The position numbers and the translations under genes are program-made. Positions 7,235 through 15,170 of a DNA stretch of 64,000 nucleotides are shown piece by piece. Origin of the DNA: an uncultured archaeon (GTDB lineage Archaea; Asgardarchaeota; Thorarchaeia; Thorarchaeales; Thorarchaeaceae); NCBI GenBank assembly GCA_964458565.1, contig CAYWJO010000007.1, positions 37,154 through 101,153 on the forward strand, written 5' to 3'. Every line of letters starts with the position of its first letter. Position 1 is the stretch's first letter. A model generated the notes under the pieces. That model saw only the letters and a program-made list of their open reading frames with translations, had not been told where the DNA came from and made no database searches.

Positions 7235-10198
7235 ATGATATCATCAAAACATGTTCAAATCGTTGGATTTCTGCTTCTTTTTCTTCTACCAATGTTTGGA
7301 TTGTATTATAGCAATAAGAAGGAAATACCAACGGTCTATATTGTAATATCGGATAATTATGATGTAAGAGTGGACTTGGCATCAACTACAATTCATAAGG
7401 AGTTTGAATCTGTAAGAGTAAAAGTAATTGAGATATTGTTGAGCCAATGGGATAAAATACGAGGTAAACCTGATGCTTTAGTCATCATAGGTCATGGCCG
7501 AACAGACGGAATTGAAACCCCTTCGGGTGTGCTTCCATGGACTGAACTCTATACAGATATTTCTGTGATTGACCCAACGCGAACAGTAGTCCTTGCATGC
7601 AAATCGCCTACAGATTTGAGATACAACATCTATGGATTTGTTGGGCAAATCGATGCTGAAGCAGGGGCATTATTATCAGTATGGCATATCCGCCAGATTA
7701 TCAATTATGATATAATGGATACTACTTGTCGTCAACGTATTTTTGAATGTCAACTGAATATGGCAAATCCGTTGGGCACTTATCTATACTTTGTACATGG
7801 TTACTATGGAAATAATGGTGAATTTGATCATATGATAAATATAATCCAGCCTGATCTATTATTGAAGTATGATGGATTCAGGTATTTCGATTATTTTGAA
7901 GACTATCCTAGTCTAACTCCAATTGAGATTCACAATGTCGAGTTTGGTATATCAGCATATGCTAATAATTTTGCCAACAAAATTCTTAGTTCTCATAATT
8001 CAGGAGATCAGATTGACATCGTTGCACACAGTATGGGTGGAATCATCACACGAGAACTATTGAATCTTAATCGAACAGAATTGGATTTAGCTGGAATTGG
8101 AATTGGAAAAATCATCACATTAGGAACACCTCATTTGGGAACAGTTGCAGCGGTGAATCCTGTTGGAGATTTGGTAGCATTCATCATGTCATTAATGGGA
8201 CAAAATTGGGACACACCCGTCTTTCGCTCTTTAGCACCAGATAGTGCTCTAATGTATTTTCTCAATTACAACCCCATGATTTACTCAGAAGGTATTGAAT
8301 GGTATACCATAGCTGGAATAAACTATGCCGTCAATGCACAATTTATGGGTATATTCGAAGGTGATAACGACGGGATTGTTGCTGTCAGTAGTGCTCATCT
8401 ATCTTTTTCAGATCAGCTTACAATCGAGGATATCGCTCATGAAAACTTAATCAATGATACTCTGTATTGCACTTATGGATATATTGACGAATGGCTCGTT
8501 GGACCTCTTGATTCTGATGGTGATGACATCTCCAATGCCTTAGAGATTAGTGTCTATCATACAAACCCCTACAATACAGATAGTGATGGAGATGGAATGC
8601 CAGATGATTGGGAAATACGGTTCCTTCCTGACCTGAATCCTCTGACAGATGACGCACATGCTGACTGTGATTCGGATGATCTGGATAACATAAACGAGTA
8701 TTTACTGGGAACTGATGTTTTGGACTTTGATAGTGATGATGATTATCTCTACGATGGAGAGGAAGTTGATGACTATCTGACAGATCCTCTCAATAGTGAT
8801 TCGGATTATGACACTTTATTGGATGGGGATGAAATCGATATCTATGGTTCCGACCCCCTGAGCATCGATTCTGATGATGATGGAATGCCAGATCAGTGGG
8901 AGGCACAATATTACGACTTGCTTTACTTAAATTATGATGACTCACAGGATGATCTTGATAGTGATGGTCTAGATAATCTAGATGAGTATCTGTATGGTAG
9001 TGATGCCTTCAATATAGACAGCGATGGTGACTCGTTGTTTGATGGGAATGAAGTTAATCAATACTTTACAGACCCGATGGATTCTGATAGTGATGATGAT
9101 GAACTTAGTGACGGGTACGAAATCAATACGTCACATACATATCCCTATGACTGGGACAGCGACGATGATACGCTCTCTGATGGATTTGAGTTGGATGCCG
9201 GGTCGGACCCTATGAGTAGTGATGGAGATTCTGATCAGATGCCTGACGTGTGGGAAGTGCAGTATATGCCTTACCTAGACCCAATGTATCCTGATGCATA
9301 TTATGACTGCGATGATGACGAATTGACCAATCTAAATGAATACCTTCTCTCCACAAACCCTATTGACTGTGACAGTGATTCAGACCAAATGCCTGATGGC
9401 TGGGAGGTGCAATATGGTCTGAATCCACTCGTTGATGACTCTCAATCCGACCTAGACTCAGATGATCTAACAAATGTTCAAGAATATATCTGTGAAACAT
9501 TTCCAGACGATTCTGACAGTGACAATGATGCCATACCAGATGAATGGGAGGTACAAAACGGTCTGAATCCGCTGTTTAGTGATGCACAACAGGACACAGA
9601 TGCAGATGGACTGAGTAATCTGGAGGAATATCAGTATTCCACCAATCCGCAGGACTCTGACAGTGACAATGATGCCCTATCCGACTGGGTAGAGATCTAT
9701 ACCTATTCAACGGATCCGCTTGACAATGATTCTGACAATGATGCTCTGACCGATGGTTCTGAGATCAACAGTCATGGAACCAATCCACTGGCATGGAGCA
9801 CCGATGCAGATTTTTTGAGCGATGGTCAGGAGATTGCCTGGGGGTATGATCCCAATGACTCGGACGACCCAATAACAGCTACAGAACTCATCGCCTCAGC
9901 ATGGAGCAAGTCCATCCTTGGGTATGTCCGAGTGAATGACCCTCTTGCTGTGGACTATGTAAAGGTGTACGTGAAATACAAGGACAGTTCTGGTTGGTGG
10001 ACGAACTATTATTACCTGGGTCGGGTCGATGATGTACATCCGGTCTATCAGGATTACTATATGTGTTGGACCCTTCAATATGGCTATGTCCAGATGAAGG
10101 TGTATGTCAAAGCCTATGACTCTGGTGCTCACTTCATAGGGAGTGATGTCTACTATGCGAACATAAAGACTGATGGAGGTGACCCTCCGCCTCTGTAA
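7235..10198 (+). CDS. large secreted/anchored protein: N-terminal signal/TM, alpha/beta-hydrolase (lipase/PGAP1-like) domain, long array of TSP3-like Ca-binding repeats, C-terminal beta-rich domain
   Basis: Hydrophobic N-terminus (VGFLLLFLLPMFGL). Nucleophile elbow VAHSMGG and GTPHLGT. From about residue 425 to 880 there are many D-x-D-x-D-G/D-x-x-D-x-x-E units (DSDGDGMPDDWE, DSDSDQMPDGWEVQYGLNPL, DSDNDAIPDEWEVQNGLNPL). Confidence 0.8.
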   Translation: MISSKHVQIVGFLLLFLLPMFGLYYSNKKEIPTVYIVISDNYDVRVDLASTTIHKEFESVRVKVIEILLSQWDKIRGKPDALVIIGHGRTDGIETPSGVLPWTELYTDISVIDPTRTVVLACKSPTDLRYNIYGFVGQIDAEAGALLSVWHIRQIINYDIMDTTCRQRIFECQLNMANPLGTYLYFVHGYYGNNGEFDHMINIIQPDLLLKYDGFRYFDYFEDYPSLTPIEIHNVEFGISAYANNFANKILSSHNSGDQIDIVAHSMGGIITRELLNLNRTELDLAGIGIGKIITLGTPHLGTVAAVNPVGDLVAFIMSLMGQNWDTPVFRSLAPDSALMYFLNYNPMIYSEGIEWYTIAGINYAVNAQFMGIFEGDNDGIVAVSSAHLSFSDQLTIEDIAHENLINDTLYCTYGYIDEWLVGPLDSDGDDISNALEISVYHTNPYNTDSDGDGMPDDWEIRFLPDLNPLTDDAHADCDSDDLDNINEYLLGTDVLDFDSDDDYLYDGEEVDDYLTDPLNSDSDYDTLLDGDEIDIYGSDPLSIDSDDDGMPDQWEAQYYDLLYLNYDDSQDDLDSDGLDNLDEYLYGSDAFNIDSDGDSLFDGNEVNQYFTDPMDSDSDDDELSDGYEINTSHTYPYDWDSDDDTLSDGFELDAGSDPMSSDGDSDQMPDVWEVQYMPYLDPMYPDAYYDCDDDELTNLNEYLLSTNPIDCDSDSDQMPDGWEVQYGLNPLVDDSQSDLDSDDLTNVQEYICETFPDDSDSDNDAIPDEWEVQNGLNPLFSDAQQDTDADGLSNLEEYQYSTNPQDSDSDNDALSDWVEIYTYSTDPLDNDSDNDALTDGSEINSHGTNPLAWSTDADFLSDGQEIAWGYDPNDSDDPITATELIASAWSKSILGYVRVNDPLAVDYVKVYVKYKDSSGWWTNYYYLGRVDDVHPVYQDYYMCWTLQYGYVQMKVYVKAYDSGAHFIGSDVYYANIKTDGGDPPPL
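8510..9871 (+). repeat. coding tandem repeats (thrombospondin type-3-like aspartate-rich units) inside the lipase gene
   Basis: Repeated DSD.D..(P/S)D.WE / NPL..DSD units. At DNA level, gattctgacagtgacaatgatgcc (9509-9532) recurs as gactctgacagtgacaatgatgcc (9653-9676), 23 of 24 identical. Confidence 0.75.
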
Positions 10199-10222
10199 TA
10201 GAGTCTAATTTGCATCTAGAAG

Positions 10223-11434
10223 ATGGAAATCATCATATACACGAAGTCAGTATGGGAGAAGATGGCTAACATGAGTAATAGTCGGGTATCAATACTGAGA
10301 GCCAATATCATAGTTGCAAGTATTTTATTCATTATAACAATCAGTCCCTCAGTTAATGCAATCTCTTGTTGCAGAGAATCAACTACTGAGCATTCTATGG
10401 ACACGATTTGGACAGAAATAACTCATGGCTATATTCGTGAGGATGTCATGCCTTGGGATATAAAATTCAAGAATATAACACATGGCTGGGTTCTCAGTCA
10501 GAATGAGAGTAGTTTTGGTGATGGAATCATCCTATTCACAAATGATAGTGGATACTCATGGAATCTCCAAGTATACAGGGAACTGATGTGGTTCTCACGA
10601 ATCACATTTGTTGAAACAACTGTCTGGATAACTGCACAGGGTGGGCTGTTTCGCTCTGACACTGATGGAAAGACCTGGGAATACCTTGCACTTGGTGAGG
10701 ATACTGATGGATTCAGAGGAATATGCTTCATCAACGATACTGTTGGGTGGACAGGTTCAAATCGGGGGATATACAAGACAGAAGACGGAGGTTCATCATG
10801 GGACGAGATTACAACATGGCCCTTTGGTGATATTCCGCTTGATATCCATTTCACAACCGAACAAAATGGATGGATCACAGGGGGCTATGGTATCTATCAT
10901 AGTGTTGATGGAGGTATCACATGGGTGCGAGAACACAGCAAGGGTGGATGGCGGTTCTCTTTCATCAGTGCAACTGATGCTTGGGTGGTGGGAGACAACA
11001 TGCTCGCTCACATGGTTGATGGAGAAAACTGGATTGAACAATCGCGCCCTACAAATGAGTATAGTAGACCTCCGTATTTTACAGATATTCTATTTCTAAA
11101 TAAGACTCATGGCTGGATTGGTGGTTCCACTCCTCAGATAGCTCACACTCAGAATGGGGGAGTTGACTGGTATAAACAGTCTGTTGCTGAAGATGGGAGA
11201 ATCTATGCAATATGGTTCTATAACGAATCTCTTGGCTGGGCGACAGGTAGAGATGGCCGCATTTTTAGAACGACCATAGGAAGCGAGCTGGGAGAATTCT
11301 CATGGAGCACATCGACTCCTACTCTTGTATACGGTGTTGGCTTTGCGATTATTGCTGTCATCAGCATCTCACTCGTTTTTGTAAGATATAGGAGAAAACA
11401 CTCGGTTAGATTTCAAGCTCCAGTTATCGAATGA
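10223..11434 (+). CDS. secreted BNR/Asp-box beta-propeller protein (Ycf48/sialidase-like repeats) with a C-terminal TM anchor
   Basis: Four Asp-box-like motifs (SDTDGKTWE, TEDGGSSWD, SVDGGITWV, TQNGGVDWY) alternate with G-W repeats. Signal-like RANIIVASILFIITISPSVNA; the probable start is ATG 10262. C-terminal TM is GVGFAIIAVISISLVFV followed by RYRRK. Confidence 0.75.
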   Translation: MEIIIYTKSVWEKMANMSNSRVSILRANIIVASILFIITISPSVNAISCCRESTTEHSMDTIWTEITHGYIREDVMPWDIKFKNITHGWVLSQNESSFGDGIILFTNDSGYSWNLQVYRELMWFSRITFVETTVWITAQGGLFRSDTDGKTWEYLALGEDTDGFRGICFINDTVGWTGSNRGIYKTEDGGSSWDEITTWPFGDIPLDIHFTTEQNGWITGGYGIYHSVDGGITWVREHSKGGWRFSFISATDAWVVGDNMLAHMVDGENWIEQSRPTNEYSRPPYFTDILFLNKTHGWIGGSTPQIAHTQNGGVDWYKQSVAEDGRIYAIWFYNESLGWATGRDGRIFRTTIGSELGEFSWSTSTPTLVYGVGFAIIAVISISLVFVRYRRKHSVRFQAPVIE

Positions 11435-11717
11435 GTATGTATATGACACGATCTCATTGATGCGTAGCGTTATTCTTATAACACTCTATGATTGTGCCTG
11501 TCAAAGCATGGGGATCGTACTAGAGGTTAAGATTAAATTTATCCAGTTCACCCTCGCTCTGATGAAATACGAAACAGATAGGACACTCAACATAATGAAT
11601 ACGGATGAATAGTTGTCCAATGCTACATCAACATTAGAAAAATAAATGAGAATATTCAATTCTTTAACAATGAAAAAGACTATAGGCAGTTATACTATTT
11701 AAATCTGAGAAAAGGGA

Positions 11718-12110
11718 GTGAGATTGATGTCTTCGAAGAAATCATCCAAGGATAAAGAATTAGTAGTATTTGAATACCAATATGCCCCTGATTTCAAAGA
11801 ATATTATGTTACAGGAGCAAGAGGTGGGATTCAGAATATCTACCATCTAAGACTCGATTTCTATTCAGAGAGAATAAGACTGCGATCTATGGAGGATGTC
11901 TTGGTTGAAGACGAAAAAGGCAAAAGAGTCATTATACCTAGAAAAGCTAAAAAGGGACCAGAAGTTGTTGAACGTAATTTCAAAATAGGTCTTAATTTAT
12001 CGTTTAATGCTGTGAAAGAATTAGCAAATTTCCTTAATGTAAAAGTCAAAGAAATTGAAGAACTTGAAGAAAGAATGAACAAAGAAGGAATCATAGAAGA
12101 GGAGGGTTAG
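11718..12110 (+). CDS. hypothetical protein, first gene of a three-gene cassette ending in vapC
   Basis: 130-aa ORF (ATG at 11727 preceded by gggag). It ends 2 nt before the next ORF. I cannot place it securely in a family; there is a vague resemblance to DUF3467-type small proteins. Confidence 0.45.
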   Translation: MRLMSSKKSSKDKELVVFEYQYAPDFKEYYVTGARGGIQNIYHLRLDFYSERIRLRSMEDVLVEDEKGKRVIIPRKAKKGPEVVERNFKIGLNLSFNAVKELANFLNVKVKEIEELEERMNKEGIIEEEG

Positions 12111-12112
12111 TC

Positions 12113-12448
12113 ATGTCAGAGGAGAATTGGATTTCAAGCATTCGTAAAGAAACCGGTTCAACCTATGCTGGATGGTATAGGCCAAATGGAATTGAAGGCA
12201 CAGCAGCTATCTCGCGACCAATTTCGTTTGATATAATAGTATCTCCCAAAGGCATCGAAAGGAAATCGGATACAGGAAGAACGTGGATCACATTGATGAG
12301 AGAAAGTGATAATGTTTTTGACAAACTTTTCGGATTGCTAGATGAAGATTCAGCAAAGAAGCTTGAGCTATTAATTTCTGAAATCAGAAAGGAAATGGAT
12401 GACGATTTTAGAGAGAGAACAAGAGAGATGTTTGATGATTCTAGCTGA
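12113..12448 (+). CDS. hypothetical protein, putative atypical antitoxin partner of VapC
   Basis: 111 aa with an acidic helical C-terminus (EMDDDFRERTREMFDD). It overlaps the likely vapC start (12435) by 14 nt. No recognisable AbrB/RHH/Phd motif. Confidence 0.4.
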   Translation: MSEENWISSIRKETGSTYAGWYRPNGIEGTAAISRPISFDIIVSPKGIERKSDTGRTWITLMRESDNVFDKLFGLLDEDSAKKLELLISEIRKEMDDDFRERTREMFDDSS

Positions 12449-12830
12449 TACTTCTTTTATCATTGATATATTGAGAGGAAATAAAGAAGCGAAAAAGCTG
12501 CAAGAAAGATATACTGCTACTAATCAGAGTACCGTTATTTCTACGATTTCATTATATGAGCTCTTTATAGGAGTATCAAAAGCTGAATTTCCTAATGAAG
12601 AAGAAGAAAAAATTAACAAATTACTTAATCGACTCTTAACAACTGAATTTGATGAGATGAGTGCGAAAGAAGCAGGAAGCATATATGTTAATTTGAAGCA
12701 TCGTGGAGAACTGATAGGTTCTATTGATATTCTTCTTGCGGGTATAGCAAAATCAAGTGGAATTCCAATAATAACCCGTAATGATGACCATTTCAAGAGG
12801 ATTCAAGGGCTTGATGTAATTACGTATTAA
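12435..12830 (+). CDS. vapC: PIN-domain ribonuclease toxin VapC
   Basis: MILADTSFIID (Asp), SLYELFIG (Glu), GSIDILLAGIA (Asp) and ITRNDDHF give the canonical PIN acidic residues at the right spacing. The ORF-track start at 12399 is probably too early. Confidence 0.85.
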   Translation: MILADTSFIIDILRGNKEAKKLQERYTATNQSTVISTISLYELFIGVSKAEFPNEEEEKINKLLNRLLTTEFDEMSAKEAGSIYVNLKHRGELIGSIDILLAGIAKSSGIPIITRNDDHFKRIQGLDVITY

Positions 12831-12854
12831 CCAATCACTTGACTAATGAATCTA

Positions 12855-12870
12855 GAGATACCAATATCTC
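12855..12870. other. perfect 6-bp hairpin GAGATA-ccaa-TATCTC between the convergent vapC and tnpB-like genes
   Basis: Read directly from the sequence. It could be a shared terminator or a subterminal hairpin of an IS200/IS605-type end. Confidence 0.4.
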
Positions 12871-12949
12871 AACTCTCTGGGTTTTCTTAGAGAATTTCGA
12901 TTTTTCCAAATAAACCTATTATTCAATCATCTTGTTTTGGTTAGCTTGG

Positions 12950-14152
12950 CTATGAGGACCTATCTCTTACATGTGTTGAGTGAACTGTAAGAAATTTCTG
13001 TGTTTCACCTTTCTTACGACTACTGTCACCAGCCTTCTTCTGTTTTGACTCATTAGAAGCGACGTAATCTTTCTCCAACTTCATTTGGACATGGTCCATC
13101 TGTTGACACCAGGTTTCTGTCCTCTGCATTTTGTTTTCATTAGCGTCAGATACATTTTTTGTTCTAATGATAGCAGAAGGGTTTTCCACAGTCTTTTCCA
13201 TGGCAGGGTCTTTAGTGTTATCAAACATAGCTAATGATGTCTGACTCTCACACTCAGCCACGGATCGTCTCCTTGAATCTGACGACTTCGAAGACGATAT
13301 GGACTCCCTTTTAGAGCATTTACTCCTTGAGGTATTTGGGATGGCTTTTGACTTGCAAAGCCAAACTCCTAGTCCATTCTTCTCATCTCTTAGTGAATTG
13401 ATGAGCTTGATGACACGCATTCCAATATTGATTGCTCCATTAAGGTCTGCGTTTGCTCTGAAACCACAAGTGTGACAAATGAAAAGACTTTGTTTTGGTC
13501 GTACTCCCTTGTTCCCACATCTATGACATATAATCGAGGTCCAAGCTTCATTGACTGCCAAGAATCTTTTTTTGTCAAATCCTTTAGTTACCAAGGAATG
13601 TTCAAGATAGACTCTTATACGAGCAAAAGACCATCGATGTATCATTCTTCGATATTTCTTACCTCTCAGATTACCTCTCCTCGCTGATTCACGAATTCCA
13701 CGAAGTTTTCCTATGGCAATCCATATGTCATAGTCTTTTGTTAACTCAATGATTCTGGAAACAATATCACTCACAAGTTTCTTATCGAATTCTTTACTAA
13801 CTCTATCTCGTTTCCCACTCAAGATTCTTAATCGTTTAGCGACTTGGCTTGAATCCTTTCTTTGTGATATCAGGCGTTCCTTCATTTTCTGTAGACTAGC
13901 AATATTCTCGTCATATTTTGATATGACTTGCAGCTTGTCATCTTGATACCAATACTGAACATGTTTGAATCCAGATTTTGTCAATAAGACAGTGCATGCT
14001 GCTTTATCAATACCCAAATCGATTCCAAAAACAGCAGAGGGTTTTCCAACCGACTCGATTTTTTGAACATCTATTGTGACTGTAAAAATCGCCCACCATT
14101 TCTTATGGGTGTCCTTGAAGAGTCTTACAGTCTTTACATTCCCACGTTTCAT
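12950..14152 (-). CDS. TnpB-like (IS200/IS605 OrfB family) RuvC + zinc-finger protein, N-terminally short, with a long Ser/Lys/Arg-rich C-terminal tail; possibly degenerate
   Basis: VFGIDLGIDKAA (RuvC-I Asp), CHRCG...CHTCGF zinc finger, ANADLNGAINIG (RuvC-III Asp). GIDLG lies only about 45 residues from the N-terminus. Where hhhE(D/N)L is expected the sequence reads IAIGKL. Confidence 0.75.
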   Translation of the reverse strand: MKRGNVKTVRLFKDTHKKWWAIFTVTIDVQKIESVGKPSAVFGIDLGIDKAACTVLLTKSGFKHVQYWYQDDKLQVISKYDENIASLQKMKERLISQRKDSSQVAKRLRILSGKRDRVSKEFDKKLVSDIVSRIIELTKDYDIWIAIGKLRGIRESARRGNLRGKKYRRMIHRWSFARIRVYLEHSLVTKGFDKKRFLAVNEAWTSIICHRCGNKGVRPKQSLFICHTCGFRANADLNGAINIGMRVIKLINSLRDEKNGLGVWLCKSKAIPNTSRSKCSKRESISSSKSSDSRRRSVAECESQTSLAMFDNTKDPAMEKTVENPSAIIRTKNVSDANENKMQRTETWCQQMDHVQMKLEKDYVASNESKQKKAGDSSRKKGETQKFLTVHSTHVRDRSS

Positions 14153-14278
14153 TTGTCTGAGATGAAATGTAATGAATCTAAGACCAGTTAATTTGCATCA
14201 CATCTTCATTGCCTATCTATTTTCATCGATATTTATGAATAAGTTTATCAATCAAATAAAAAGGGCATGTATAGTCAT

Positions 14279-14417
14279 GGGTCGGTGGTCTAGCTACCAG
14301 GTCAGGTTTTCTGTCTTGGCTAGAATGGCTATGATTCTTGGTTTGGGTCCGAGAGTCAATCTGACTCTCTAGCAAGGATCCAAGGGATCGGGCGTTCGAA
14401 TCGCCCCCGGCCCACCA
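14279..14417 (+). tRNA. tRNA-Pro (anticodon UGG) with two apparent non-canonical insertions (D-loop, and variable region/T-arm junction); CCA is encoded
   Basis: Hand fold: acceptor GGGTCGG/CCGGCCC, canonical anticodon arm CTTGG-TTTGGGT-CCGAG, T arm GGGCG-TTCGAAT-CGCCC, then A and CCA. About 31 extra nt lie between AGC and TGGCTA of the D loop, and about 31 extra nt lie between CCGAG and the T stem. Exact splice points are not resolved. Confidence 0.7.
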
Positions 14418-14463
14418 TTTCTTCTTGATTCTCTGTGGTGCTTTTTAGGTATCATACAAGTAA

Positions 14464-15168
14464 ATGTCCGAGAGAAACGTTATGCAGACTGGACAAGAAC
14501 TTGCCATCACTGCTAATATTGCGGCTTTCATTGTATCCGCAGCAGTTGCAGCATTTTTACTTCGCCTATGGTATCGACAGGAGAACAAAATCTACACTGA
14601 CCTACCGTTGATGTTTGGAATTACTTTCGCATCGATGGCTTTGAATGCCTTAATTCAAGCTATCACAATATCTGAAATTATTGGTGCCACGATGGATATT
14701 TTTCGTATTCGGGCTCTAGTAATCAGTGGGTCTGCATTCCCTCTACTTGGTGCATTACTCAATATCTGGCTTCCAAAATATCAGAAACATCATGTACAAA
14801 TCATGTTGTCACTCATTGGATATTGGATCCTTGTATCTGTTCTGGGTCCAACAGAAGCATTAGTAATGTCACTTTTGATTCCCCTGCTTCTTGTATTCAC
14901 CATTGGCATGATGGTTACCTTCTCTATTACTTGGAAGACGGGTCGATTAGAAGAAGTCCGGAGCGACCTCATGGTCCTGACGCTACTCATTGGTTTTGTA
15001 AGCCAAGTAATCCGTGTCCCAATGACATCGATGGGTCTAGATTTCATTCCGATTAGTATTGCTGCATTATCTGCCGTAATTGGTGGGTTCGCATTGGCAA
15101 ATCCATGGTACCATCAGAAACAGGCACGAGCCAAGATAGAATCACATTCAGTTGTAGTTGGTGTATAG
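14464..15168 (+). CDS. polytopic membrane protein (about 7 TM), function unknown
   Basis: 234 aa of alternating hydrophobic helices with no recognisable motif. Confidence 0.5.
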   Translation: MSERNVMQTGQELAITANIAAFIVSAAVAAFLLRLWYRQENKIYTDLPLMFGITFASMALNALIQAITISEIIGATMDIFRIRALVISGSAFPLLGALLNIWLPKYQKHHVQIMLSLIGYWILVSVLGPTEALVMSLLIPLLLVFTIGMMVTFSITWKTGRLEEVRSDLMVLTLLIGFVSQVIRVPMTSMGLDFIPISIAALSAVIGGFALANPWYHQKQARAKIESHSVVVGV

Positions 15169-15170
15169 TC

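Noticed and set aside
8510-9871. Possible CRISPR-like or satellite repeat because of recurring 24-mers
   Set aside because: The repeats are in frame inside one continuous ORF and encode aspartate-rich calcium-binding units. There are no regular spacer-repeat units and no cas genes in the window.
11435-11717. Attachment-site repeat of tRNA-Pro that would delimit an integrated element
   Set aside because: I could not find any segment of the tRNA-Pro sequence repeated in this spacer, and no integrase gene is present. The islet is therefore reported only as compositionally odd.
14172-14372. 66-aa ORF in the ORF track
   Set aside because: It lies across the promoter and 5' two-thirds of the tRNA-Pro gene. 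The tRNA fold explains the sequence far better than a peptide with no motifs.
15105-15170. Extended N-terminus of the MBL-fold gene overlapping the preceding membrane gene by 64 nt
   Set aside because: The extension (MVPSETGTSQDRITFSCSWCIV) is the out-of-frame read-through of the upstream gene's 3' end. An in-frame TTG at 15171, right after the upstream stop, yields the family-typical N-terminus.
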